This document shows, piece after piece, positions 40,445 through 52,454 of a stretch of 64,000 bases of DNA. Position 1 is the first letter of the stretch, and every line of letters begins with the position of its first letter. The notes beneath the pieces were generated by a model. That model was not told the DNA's origin and did no database searches. It worked only from the letters and a program-made list of their open reading frames with translations. The position numbers and the translations under genes are program-made. Source of the DNA: Sarea resinae. Its lineage: Eukaryota. The stretch covers positions 62,001 through 126,000 of the forward strand of contig JAPEUD010000055.1 in the NCBI GenBank assembly GCA_026026165.1, written 5' to 3'.

Positions 40445-42656
40445 ATGGATTCCAGAAAAGATGATTGGGTGGCTGTCGACATCCAGAGGATGGCTGGCTT
40501 AGTTGGCCTTCAAACGTCTCGATCTTCCGAAAGACTGAATCAGATTGACCGTGTTCGAGCTAAAGGAGTTGGCGACCACATATCTCTACCCCAGCTTGTC
40601 GTTTGCGGCGATCAGTCTGCTGGGAAGAGCTCGGTTCTCGAAGGAATCACCGGCATCCCGTTTCCCAGAAATGATGGCGTCTGTACCAGGTTTGCTACAG
40701 AAATCATTCTTCGGCATCAACCAGAAGCCAGTCGCATCACCGCAACGATCATGCCCGGACCCCATTCCGAGAACGAGCAAACTCGTTTGAAGGAGTTTCG
40801 CCGAGAATTGTCAGGGTTTGATGAACTGCCTGAAGTTATCCAAGAGGCGTCAATCTTGATGGGTATCCGTGGCTATGGTCCGTCTGTCGACGGACCTGCT
40901 TTTGCTGCCGATGTTCTTCGTCTGGAAGTGGTTGGCAATACCGGCCTCCACCTCACAGTGGTTGACCTACCAGGGTTGATCTCTGTATCAGACTGTGAAG
41001 AAGACGTTGCGGTCGTGGAACGTCTCGTGGATTCATATTTGGGCAGTTCTCGAACCATTATTCTTGCGGTGGTCCAGGCGAACAACGATATCGATACCCA
41101 GGGCATCATCCAGCGCGCTCGCCGTTTTGACAAGGCTGGAGAACGGACTGTTGGTATCATCACGAAGCCGGACTTAATCAACAAAGGCACCGAATCGCGC
41201 GTGGCGACCTTGTCCAGGAATATGGATCGGACGAAGTTGAAGCTAGGGTTCTTCTTACTCAAAAATCCGAGCCCTTTGCAGTTGAAGGAAGGTATTACTT
41301 GGACTGAAAGGGCCAATGCAGAAGTAAACTTCTTCAGCTCGGCGCCCTGGAAAGAACAACACCTGGACAGAAATCGGATTGGAATCGAAAGACTGCGTGT
41401 ATTTTTGCAGGAGCTTCTCGATACCCATATCGAGCGAGAGCTGCCCAAAGTCCGCAAAGATGTCAAGTCTCTCCTTTCACAAACAGACTATGAGCTCGAA
41501 CAGCTTGGAGCCGAGAGATCATCCATTACACAAATGCGCATGTTTTTGACTCATGTCAGCATGGGGTTCTATAACGTGACAAAAGCAGCCTTGGAGGGAA
41601 CTTACGACGGCAAAGACGGGGCTTTTTTTGAGACTTCAACCACCCGGCTAAGAGCTCTAGTTCATGAGGAGAATGGCCGTTTTGCAACATACATGCGAGA
41701 ACATGCCGAGAAACGGAAGCGCTCTCAGGGAGTCGATAGCGATATCAAGGACGATGCCGAAGATGGACAATTGCTCGTGACAGAGGGTGAATTTGATCAA
41801 TGGGTTAAAGAGGTTGGTGTGCTACATGACAGATATGAAGAACATCCGCTAACGTGGCAGACCTATCATGGTACCCGAGGTCGTGAACTCCCAGGAAACT
41901 ACAACCATGCGCTATTATCAGAACTCTTTCATGAACAATCAAGTCGTTGGGGTGATATTGCGAAAGATCATCTTCAACGCCTTTCCTCCATTGTGGCCGG
42001 GCTAGTAGCGGCAGCTTTAGCATATATAATCAAGGACGAAGCGGTCCGGCGTGATGTCCAAAATCTCATCAACACTCATCTTGAAGCCAACGATCGGAAT
42101 GCACAGGAAGAATTACAGAAGATACTGGATGATGAGAAGGTGCAGCCCATCACTTACAACCACTACTTTACCGACAATATCCAAAACTCTCGCCAAGAGG
42201 GTCTCAAGAAGCAGATCGGTCGATCAGTGAAGAAAGCCATCCAAACCGATTACAACGGCGCATTCCATGTGAGCAATAGTGCAGTGGAAATAGAAAATCT
42301 TCTCGCCTCCTTGCAACGACAAGTCAATGTTGACATGGATGATCAAGCTTGCTCTGAGGCCGTAACAGGCCTGCGGGCTTATTACAAAGTACGTATATGT
42401 TTTCTGCTGTCCAGGCCAACGTTGACAAATCTAGGTGGCAATGAAAACGTTTGTGGATAACGTCTGTCGTCAAGTCATTGAAAGGCATATCTTGACTGGA
42501 GTGATGCAGGTGTTTGAGCCTATAAGAATCAGTGAGTACACCGACGAGGAGCTACGCCGTTTAGCTGCAGAGTCTTCGCAAGTCGGCAAACGGCGACATG
42601 AACTGCAGGCTTTGAGAGAAGCATTAGAAGAAAGCCTCCGAGAGTTAAGAGACTAG
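40445..42656 (+). CDS. Dynamin-superfamily GTPase, fungal Mx-like type with GED, intact, 3 exons
   Basis: LPQLVVCGDQSAGKSSVLE (G1), CTRF (G2), VVDLPG (G3), TKPD (G4), RGRELPG, PITYNHYFTDN, AYYKVAMKTFVDNV. Introns ~41813-41860 (in frame) and ~42389-42434. Confidence 0.93.
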
Positions 42657-43479
42657 ATCGACAGTGGATGGCATAATTAACTGGACACGCTCACTGCGCT
42701 TGGATACATCTGTCTTATCGTATCATTATTTTATTACGTTGTATGCTCCTCCGATCGCTCCTTTTGGCGGGAGCTACGCTACGCCGTTGGTTGGGCTTAT
42801 GGGATAGTTGATGGCGTTCACCGAATTCTCTGTTTGCTCTTTGTCGCTCTTTTCCAGACCTCTGGCCTGGAGTTAATGTAGGGGTGATGGATCTCCAGCT
42901 GAGGCTTGCGTTGTTTAATTTAGCTAGCCTGGCTCTGGGTATGGTTTTGCTACGTATTTTCCATACTCGTCACGCAAATGCGAGAGCAATAAAACATAAC
43001 GATTTTCTCGAATATATTCTCTCATGCGTGATCCCCGATTACATCTTGTTACCTTGTTCATACGAAGCTCTACGTCCTTGCGGATAAGCGCCATACCTAA
43101 TCTCATAATCAGAAGACACTAACCAAAAGCCGTCAGGATCTACAGAAAAATTGATTGTTAGTGTCCTTACCAGAAGTCACCTGGCGCGTCTGTCTAGCTA
43201 GCTGCCACACAACACATAGCTGCAGTCCCCTTCACCTTATCTGCGAAAGAGTTGTATGTCCCTAAAAGATCAGAGGCTTTTTGTTTTATATATAATATGC
43301 CCTAACTTTGAAGTCTGATAGAAGACCTTATTTTTTTTACAGATATTTTTCTAGCTAAATATAAGCTATACGTCCGAGTCGTAGTCAATATAGCAGTAGA
43401 AGTGTGTTGATATTAGGGCAAAGCTTATATTAGCTTTACTAAGGTAGATATACAATTTCTTTTAGCTCAGACATCTTAT

Positions 43480-44500
43480 GTCACACTTTGAGACAATAAA
43501 TTGAAACGTTGTCGTGAGGCAACAAGAGCATCGAGAGGACGTCGTGTTGTGGTCGTAGCCGTCGTGTGCTATCAGCGGGGAGCAAGTTGCTTAAGGACTG
43601 TAAGATCTTACAAATGTAATTAACTAATTTTCACTTATCACTTAACAGTATCATTCTTCTCACCTTTAACTACATAAATCAATAGCATCATCTGTGATAA
43701 GTACTGAGAAGACTAACGTCCTAAAATCAACCTCGCGCCAGAAAATTCGACTGAGTTAGCGCTGTTAGGTACAAACTGAAAACTACAGAAGATCTTCAAG
43801 CAAAAACTAGTCCAACAAAAGCTAGAGTATCACATATTCTCTTAGAGGGTGAGAATTGAGAAGGACGTATCGGTATCCATTCTATCTGGGGCGGGTGTGT
43901 TGTTGTCGGTATCAATCCGGCAAGTATGGTCCTAGTGGCGATATATTACGATATAAGGCATGATGGGTTGTTCGAGGCTATGAACAGATCCACGGCATCG
44001 ATTACACAGAGAGCTATGCAGTTTTGAGATCAGCAACTAATAAAGTCATGATCACACTAGATACTTAACATGACTGGGAGATCGATCAAATGGACGTCAA
44101 GACGGCATTCCTCAATAGCACAATCGATGAGGATATCTACGTTCAATAACTTACTGGATTTATCGGGGGGAAGCAAGTGTGTCAACTGAATCGAGCACTA
44201 TATGGCCTCAAGCAGTCTCCTAAGCAATGGTTTAAGACCATATCCTCCTTCCTAGGCACTATTAGCCTCACCCAGTCACAGTATGATCCCAGTCTCTTTA
44301 TGGACCTCGATCGGCCGTTATTTGTCACCACTCACGTCGACGACCTCCTTAGTATTAACCTAAGGCCGACGAATTCAGCAAATTCAAGGCATTACTAGGC
44401 TCCCAGTACGAGATGACTGGCTTAGGACGGGCTGAAGACTATATCGTCTTCCTCGATGAGACCGACAAGACCGTCAGCGCTTGAAGTTGGTTGTAGCTCA
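43480..44500 (+). mobile_element. Degenerate Ty1/copia LTR retrotransposon fragments (RT; possible gag knuckle and PPT/LTR start)
   Basis: 44075 onward reads WEIDQMDVKTAFLNSTIDEDIYVQ*LTGF...CQLNRALYGLKQSPKQW...DPSLF...HVDDLL (copia RT). A decayed CYQ..DC knuckle-like stretch lies near 43567-43601, and GGGGCGGGTG-TGTTG near 43887-43903. Confidence 0.88.
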
Positions 44501-44559
44501 GACGGACAATGCGCCTATAGAGCGATTTGCCAGAGTAGACTCAGTGGAGAGCATTCTGC

Positions 44560-44920
44560 ATACAGGTATGACAATCAGCGCCATAATCAAATATGTCATC
44601 AAGCTCCCGCTGCCGATATATTCACTATGTTCTTTATGTGGTATTCACTATTTCAAGCTCCCTATTAGAAAGAGCCACTTATACTTTTATTATCCTTACG
44701 AGAAATACCTTACAGCAACAACACTGATACCGCAGCCTTCAATAAGTAGCTATTTTACGTAAAATTCTCGCTCTCAAATAACCCCAGCTTTCCAAAGGCT
44801 AGCTAGTACTTACTCATTTACAGGGTTCGTGGTCGATCATCTGTCCTAGGACCTAGAGAAGCAGAAAACGCTTGCTTGTGTTGTCTTTGACGAAGCACAC
44901 GTTATTATCTAGGACTAGGA
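44560..44920 (+). pseudogene. RecQ-like DEAH helicase fragment
   Basis: One frame reads LPIRKSHLYFYYP...TTLIPQP (decayed motif I/Ia) then SFTGFVVDHLS*DLEKQKTLACVVFDEAHVII*D* (motif II; DEAH at 44889-44900), with internal stops. Confidence 0.55.
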
Positions 44921-45065
44921 AGGTCTCGATCCTAACCACTGTAGGCTATATGTTGGATATACTGTTGAATTTTGCGATCGTTCTGGTTATGTTTGCGATT
45001 GATTACGATAACATTAGCGTGAGAAACGAGCTGTGTTTTTGTCGCTTTTTACTAACAAGTTGTAG

Positions 45066-45800
45066 TTCCGGAGGATTTCCCCGCGGAAGACGACGCCGAA
45101 GTCGAAGAATCGTATACCGAGAATGTCGAGGACCGGTTCGTAGAGGATGCCGACGGGCATCCTGCTATCATGACGAATATCGCGAGCTGGGTGACGGCTA
45201 CAAGAAGAGCCAACAAGACTGGCTTAGCGGAGCGGGATGGAAAGTAAGTCGATAATTGTTTGTAGGTGTTCCAGCGACTTTCTGTTTGGGGGGGAGGGGG
45301 GGCGGGGGTTGCAAGAAGGATGCGGCTGGAGAATTCGGAGGTATTCATACTTGAGAACTATGCAGAAGTCCGGGGCCTCTCCGCAACAGCGGGGATAAAG
45401 GTATGGAACATTGCCCTGCAGGCCACAAAAGCCACCTCTAGCTTCAAATTTGCGGGTCCGACGCCACTGCCTGGCAACCGCAAGTTCTAGACGTTTGCCC
45501 CGCTGGGTAAGGCGGTCCAAGAGCCCGGCCAGCTCAGTATCCTAGTGAGGGGCTTCGATGGCCTCTCCGTGGATGCTGATGCCTGGCTGGAGCTTGCGGG
45601 CCTCTTAATCCAGCGGGAGAAAGAAGTCATGCTTATAGGTTTTTCGAGGCCTACGACTCACAGCAACTGGTCGAATATGCTTGCATAGGGATACACTTTT
45701 GCTAGACTGAGGTCCAAACATTCACTGAAATATCTACCCAAAAAAGCAAAGGTCCGCATCAGATGATGAGCCTACTGGCAAGACACAGGAAGTGAATTTC
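45066..45800 (+). pseudogene. Stop-interrupted paralog of ORF 47918-48622 (copy B)
   Basis: CTAAC..TAG acceptor at ~45065. The frame reads VFQRLSVW...MRLENS...WNIALQATKATSSFKFAGPTPLPGNRKF*TFAPLGKAVQEPGQLSILVRGFDGLSVDADAWLELAGLL; 34/53 aa identical to copy A by hand alignment. Confidence 0.75.
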
Positions 45801-47917
45801 TCGATTGACTGGGACGCTCTCAGTATCGGAGATAATATCCTCGACTGTGAGAAAGGCTTTTAGACTATTAAGATTTATTGAAAGAATGCAAGGAAGCTGC
45901 ATCTTTGCGTCGCTCTACCAGCTCGACTCTATTAGCGCTTTATAGAACGGCCAGATCAGCTTGCAAGTATGCAGGCCAATAGAGGCCTCTTCATTGCCAC
46001 AGAATACTGGTTGCCTGGCGGTCACTCTCGTTATTCACCGCGACTGCTATCATCACAATATTCACTGTCACTCGGGTCCTGTGGCGTGACAACTAGATCG
46101 AGCTCAACGCCTTCACCGTTACATTCCCAGGAAACAACTGATGCTTCAACAAAAATTAAAAAGCTGCACTGTATCAAAAACTAGTAGCTTTAACTATAGC
46201 GTCTGACAAACAGAAAGCTACGTGTTTTGAACACTCTAAACTATCTAAGGCGATGAAGTCTTTCTCGAAACAATTCCTGTCACACAGAGTGGAAACTAGC
46301 CTCAGGCAGTCTTATTGCCGCCTTTAGCATTGCTATACATACTGTGGAAAAAAAGAGGTATTTAATTGATATAAGAAAGCTCACAGCTAATAGCGCTACA
46401 AACGTGCAGACAGTGATGATCGGATTGCAAAGACAAGGTTCAGAGATGAATTAATGTCGCTACAGATCCGCCAGCCAAATTCAAGAAACCCGACGGCAAA
46501 CGGTATTACCTCACCTACTAGAACATCAGCAATGTTTGCTCGGGCAACATTAGCTTGGCATTTCTATCTTGAAGACTATTTATGCATCTCACTGCCGTGC
46601 GACTAGCCACTATCATTATCCACTTGAAGCGCATCTTGGAGTCAACTATCCACCTCTCAATACAGAGCCGCAGCTGCGGAATGCGCGTGGTTAATTCCAG
46701 CCTGCTCATGAGGGAGAAGGATCTCGTCAGCCAAAGCCAGCAAGAGAAACCATTCCTATAATGACCGCAGCCGGTGAGAATCGATTTGGCATTACACAAT
46801 GAATGGAAACGGCGCACATCACCATGCCAATGTATCAACTGCTTGATAGATAGGCTGCCCTTTGCTCTTGCTCTGTCTTGCCTATTAAGGCTAACTAGAA
46901 GGTAAGACAAATTTAGAAAGATGTATCAATAATGTATTAATAATGTGTTAGGTCTATATCACCTTAGTAAAGCAATTTTTCTGCTTAAACATTAAGCAAA
47001 AATACCTGCCTTGCACTCCCCAGATTCGTTCACAAATGGCAAGGCCTTACAATCGTCTAAGACCACCTGTAAGGGCGTTGAGGTTTCACCTCATTGACGT
47101 ACCAGTGTACGGTATGAAAGTGATTGATTGCTAAATTAGACACCAGGTTAATACGCTGTAAAGGCTAGTAAACAGGTAAACCTGTTCCTAGTGCGCCAGA
47201 AAGGCTACTATGGCCCAGCTCGTCCGGGTTTTACCTACTTGCCTACTATATAGCAGTGCTCCTTATACACTACCTACTCTGCACACACACAAAGATAACA
47301 CGCTGTCTGCCTTGCATTAAACAAACCTAGAAGGCTATAGCACTGTCTCCTTTACCAAACTTAATAAAAAGGGCTCTAGCATCCAAAACGCCTGCAATAA
47401 AAGCATCTGCAAAGATACCTACGACCTTTCTAAGCGTCTAATCCGTCCACATCAAGATGGGCTCCAGAGGCTGTCTTGATTACCTTTCTAGAGCTCTTAG
47501 CTCTGTGAGAGAGGGTTCTTGCAAATAAATCGCAGATGGTCTTTCAAGGCCAGGGAATCACGTTTTACTTGAACAAATAGTCATTCGTAAGTGTGGAGGT
47601 GCAGTCTAGTCTGGCGATCACAGCCAAGGCAGAGAGAGCTTCGCACCTAAGACTCGAGGTTATTTCAGATATGCTCCCGAGCTTATAGCCTGAGCAATGC
47701 GCAATGTTGTGCTCATCCCGTGCCATCATACTGGTGCCATTCGGAAATCTCTTATTTTTGCAAGATATATCTAATATTACCATTGCTTTATGCTGTTATC
47801 TATCCTACACTGTTAAAAGCCAGTGCATTAGATTACCCTAACTAGGTTCCTAAGGAATAGTGGCTCAAGTTTATGTCCTGTTCTCGAATCCGAATCCTGT
47901 TTTACGGCTGAGGAGAA

Positions 47918-48622
47918 ATGGCATTCGACTTTGATCCAGATGCATACGAAAGGCATGCAGCAAAGCTTGGACGCCTTTGCTTTAGATTCGACGAAGAGAG
48001 AACAAAACGACGAACGGCAACCAAAGACGACATAGATGCTTTTGTCGGCTTATTGCGACACACGTGCGCATGGGGTGTGTGCAGATACGAGTATGCCGGC
48101 CGCAATAGACGGACGATAGACTTCTACCGCAACGTCAAGCACCACATTGTACGACAACACCTGCGGCCGCTACGGCGATTACAGGCGGGAAGCTTGCCCC
48201 GGGGGCCTCGGCCAGCGGCAGATGAGCCAATTGAAGATGCCGAGCTATTGCAATGGTGGAGACAGGAACAACGACGATGGATTATCGTCGACCGATACAG
48301 CGGGGACTTCCCCGCCCAAGGCGGGTCCCAGGTTCGGATTGAAAACCAGGCCGTCCTAGGAAATTACCTTACGGCACAGGGGCAACCGGCAACCGGCGGT
48401 GTTCACACTTGGAACATTGCCATTAGGGCGACACCGGCAACAGCTAGCTTCGCCTTCGCCGACCCGACGCCGCTCCCGGCCGACAGAGAGTTTGCATCGT
48501 TTGCCCCTCTGGGGGAGGCTCTTCAAGAGCCCAGGCCAGTGAACATCCTCGTCCGAGGATTGAATGGACAACCTGTTTCCTGCTGCCTGTTCACATCTGT
48601 TGGGTTGTTCAAGCTTCAGTAA
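47918..48622 (+). CDS. Uncharacterised 234-aa protein (copy A), possibly C-terminally truncated; resolvase-like motif layout
   Basis: Open ATG ORF with a paralog at 45.1-45.8 kb. Similarity to copy B stops abruptly after ILVRGLNG. Confidence 0.6.
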   Translation: MAFDFDPDAYERHAAKLGRLCFRFDEERTKRRTATKDDIDAFVGLLRHTCAWGVCRYEYAGRNRRTIDFYRNVKHHIVRQHLRPLRRLQAGSLPRGPRPAADEPIEDAELLQWWRQEQRRWIIVDRYSGDFPAQGGSQVRIENQAVLGNYLTAQGQPATGGVHTWNIAIRATPATASFAFADPTPLPADREFASFAPLGEALQEPRPVNILVRGLNGQPVSCCLFTSVGLFKLQ

Positions 48623-49117
48623 GTCACTATGGTTGAGTTTATTGTTAAAGTATCTCCTTGAAAGAAAGGGAGATCTTTGTTAGAGATGTCGCCAGCGAAC
48701 TATCTTAGAAACGCCCTAACAGTATCACTGAGCTCGCCACTGAAGCATAAATGGCCAGACGATTTTGAGGTGAATCAAGCAATTGGCTGGATCAGAAGAA
48801 TATGCCAGAGAAACCTAAAGACATACTCCTATCGCCTTACTTATCCCTTGGTTATAGTAGAGAGCCTAAACCTCAAGCGTTACAAAGACTGTTTATTCTT
48901 TTGAACAGGTACTATTAGACTATCTAGCAGACTCTAAGAAGGACAATAGTTTTGTGCATAAAGGAGAAGATGATCTAATCGTGCTAGATCAACTAGGCAT
49001 AGACAGTATCAATCTCTGGCAAATATCCTCGAACCAAAACGCAGGATTGGTTCGATAAATCTACCCGTGTCGTTCAGAATAAGTGTCTTCGCCATGTTTC
49101 CTACGATACAAAACGAG

Positions 49118-50950
49118 TATGGCTCAGCCACAGAAAGCAAAATCGTCCAAGCGGTCTACAAGACCGGGAAAATTGGTTCATCCTGGCGTTCCTCTACCCC
49201 ATCGAATACGCCATCCAAACATGGCTAAGGCAACAAAGATACGAGGGGGCCAGGCTAAGATTTCGATAGCATATCTGTCAGAAATATCCTATTGCTCTAC
49301 GGACAGTTATCATACAAAGGGGCTGCAAAAGATATATGATCGGAACGTGCAAAAGGGGTTTACCCTGTCAGTCGTGGTGCATCGCAGCTCGGAGACCGGC
49401 GACATCACCATCTCAATCGAATCCGTTCATAGAGTCAGACGGCTCTAAGGAAATTGCATCGCTCAAGAATCAACTCGCTCAAAACCAGGCGCAACTAGCC
49501 GAAAAGCAGACTCTACTGGACAAGCAGAAGACATTTTTAACAGACTTATTCACTGAAGGCAACACGTTCCTATCCGCTGTCAACGCCATCATGCAGACCC
49601 CAGGAATGGACCATGGCAGTATTGCTACGACACTCTCAATTCCGTTCGACCGAGCACAGGCAACAAGAGACACCTATGGGATGGACATGGCTGAGTGCAT
49701 TGAAGACGGAGATAAGTTACTGCTAGAGGAGAAGGCAAGATTGGCTCTGGCCGGTACTGATGAGCACGGTGAACTTGAAACGCAAGGCCACTCTGACGAG
49801 CGAAGAGAATTGATCTAGACACAGAAGAGGTACACTGACTCTGTGCGTGCATCTGTTAGTGACTATTGCTAACGGTCAGTGTAGGATATACCACTAGACC
49901 TAAGGATAGTTAGATAGTCACTCCCACGCTGTACACTACAGGATCGAAGGGTCCTTTAGGAGGCACTCTGTTTAGAGTTAAATCACAAGGACCACGTAGT
50001 AGGGCAAGTGAGCCCAAACGAACGAAAACCGTGGTTGACACCTACGCAAAAGGCCACCAATCTGTTATACTCCGTAAGTCCCTGACCCTAAACCCTTGCA
50101 GCAGTGCATGATCCACCAAGAAAGTCTGATACTAAACGCTACCACCTCCGAGTGGAACGAGGTCGGGGGAAACAATAGAACCTTGTCGAAAGCTGATATG
50201 AAAAGCGTACTCACAGCCTCAAAGGCTATGCGTGTGCGGAAAGTTGATCCTGACCATGCCATGGTTGGCGGAATCAATTCAGGCATCGGCTTTTCCCGAA
50301 ATTTGGAAGGAAAAGTCTCGTTCGAAACAACTATTGCACGTCTCTTCTCAAATACCTTAAAACACTAGGCAAGTAGCAGAAAGAGCTTCTCCTCAAGGCT
50401 GATTAAATTTGCTAGTAAGAGACTGCCTAGAGTTATCACCACTGACTCACCTCCGGCGCACACTTCCCCGCCAAGCACTGCCCTGCTGCAGTCTGGCCTG
50501 GCTCCAGGGGCACAGGACGATCGCCTTTGGCAATTTGTTGAGTCGCTACAGCAATTATTAGATAAAAATCCGGAGGATGACAGCGGCGGTGAACATGTGG
50601 TCATCAAGGCCGAAGAAGAGGAAGAATAGGCAAGAGAAGTATTGCTAAGGATAGCCGCTGTCCCACAACCTCCTCCAGAAAGGACATAAGATATGCCACG
50701 ATTTATTGTGGTTATACAAAGGCATTCAGGCAACTTTGACAATGGGGGAAAGGCCGGCGGCAGAGGCCACAGCCAGAGCAGCAGGTTCCCACTTTAAAGA
50801 GAGGAGATAGGGGAGGGCGTTAGTAGAGGCAATAGAGCTCCGGATCCTACAGCAAGTGCAAGCTAGGGTCCTAATATCGTTTGCAGAGGGGGGGTGTGGA
50901 AGGGCCGTATCAAAACCTGATCCGTTACCTTACTAAGGCTTCTAGGGGTC
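49118..50950 (+). pseudogene. Large degenerate gene: basic N-terminus, coiled coil, intron ~49830-49884, stop-interrupted 3' part ending in an RFIVVIQRHSG segment (possible copy C)
   Basis: Overlapping ORFs 49083/49336 (frameshift); GTACAC..GCTAAC..TAG intron; ORF 50096 continues through TAG/TAA stops to ~50920. Confidence 0.5.
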
Positions 50951-52454
50951 TGCCTACCTGCACATCTCCTCACCATGGTTGGTCTTTGCTATATTGAGAT
51001 TCTTGAGGGTGTGACTATACCAGCGGGTCCATACTCCTTCAGCGGCGCCCGAGGCGAGTCATGTATAGGTCATCAATAAGCGGTTTCAGTCAATCTGAAG
51101 TTATTTGTGCTTTTTTCGGAAGCTAAAGCCATCCTGCTTGTTTGTTTTCTTCCGAGAAAAGCGTTCCTCGGTGATGCGAAAGCCTTCATATAGCTATAGA
51201 AGATATAATTCAGCTAAGGCTCGCATTATCCAGCACTATGCCTGCGCACTCCTGACAGTCGCTCGAAAATAGCAGCTCGTTGGTCAAACACTCCACGAAC
51301 GCGCGCTGAAGAGTACAATAGGGTGAGCAAGAAGACCTTCGCAGCTAGATCTTTGGCCGTAAAGCCGTCGCGTCTCTGTCAAAGCTCAGCTTTGAAGCAG
51401 CAAGGGCTTACAGCCGGTTGACCTTCATCATGAGTCATGTTGCGGCACATCAAGTCGTTTTCCCGTTTGCGTAAGAAACCCTTGGAGCTATGTATGATAA
51501 GTTAATAAAATGATAGTGGGATGTGCTGGGTTTAAACGCGCCTCCGCCCATTCGGGTATTGCGACCCCCACGCGCCTAGGGAAAAACCCGCTTAGAACCG
51601 AAACGCGCGTACTACGAAACATCAACACCATCCCGTCGCCATCACCAGCATCATCATATTTCCTAGACAACCAATCAGGCCCGTTTGCTGGGCGAAAATA
51701 TAAAGAATTTTGTAATGCTTGTTATTAGCGATGCAATCTGATCTATCTTTCGCGTCTCTGTAGTTTTGATGGCTGACTAGGCGGCGTACACATGGGACTG
51801 CTAATCAACTTCTAATCATCTCATTACCTGACATCATAGAAAAAAAGTGCAAAACGCTCGGACTACTCTTTCGAGTAGTCCTACGAAAACCACGGAGGAT
51901 TTTGCACCAGATCTCTCCGGTATCGAAAGGCTGCCACCGCACTCTTTTTGCTTCCCCTAGAGTGTGGGAGGGCATCTGATTGTTGGCTGTGGCGTTCTCG
52001 ACCAAGGTGAGAGTCGAACCGGTAACCTCCTCGATGAAGGAGGTGTATTCGACCGTTTTGGATGTCATTGATTTATGCCACTATAATTTAACTCGGCACC
52101 CCGCTGGATCACCGTCTGCACCAACTTGACCTCTCTGTTACAAGACTTGCTTTAGATTGGTATATATTGTACGGGTGATTCACTGTGGCTGGTAAGGTAC
52201 TGTTATTACACTGCACCATTCTGCATTGCGGCACCTTACGTCCACCGTGCTCCTTCCCTATGTGACTCGGGAATTTTCCGTTCATTCACAGAAGCCATGT
52301 CCCATGTCCCTTCACTTTGATTTCCCAACCGCTCCGATGGTCATACAAAGCATCTATGCACTATAAACACCACATTCGACGGCCAGTATATTGCTGATCG
52401 TAGACTGTCTATCTCACCAACTCCTCCGGTGCCCCTCCGGCCCCGCTCAGCGCC

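Noticed and set aside
51400..51490. C2H2 zinc-finger-like relic on the minus strand (SKGFLRKRENDLMCRNMTH)
   Set aside because: Cys/His spacing is incomplete and the match is too short to support.
51530..51615. ACGCGC-rich segment resembling a transposon terminus
   Set aside because: No matching inverted partner was found in the window.
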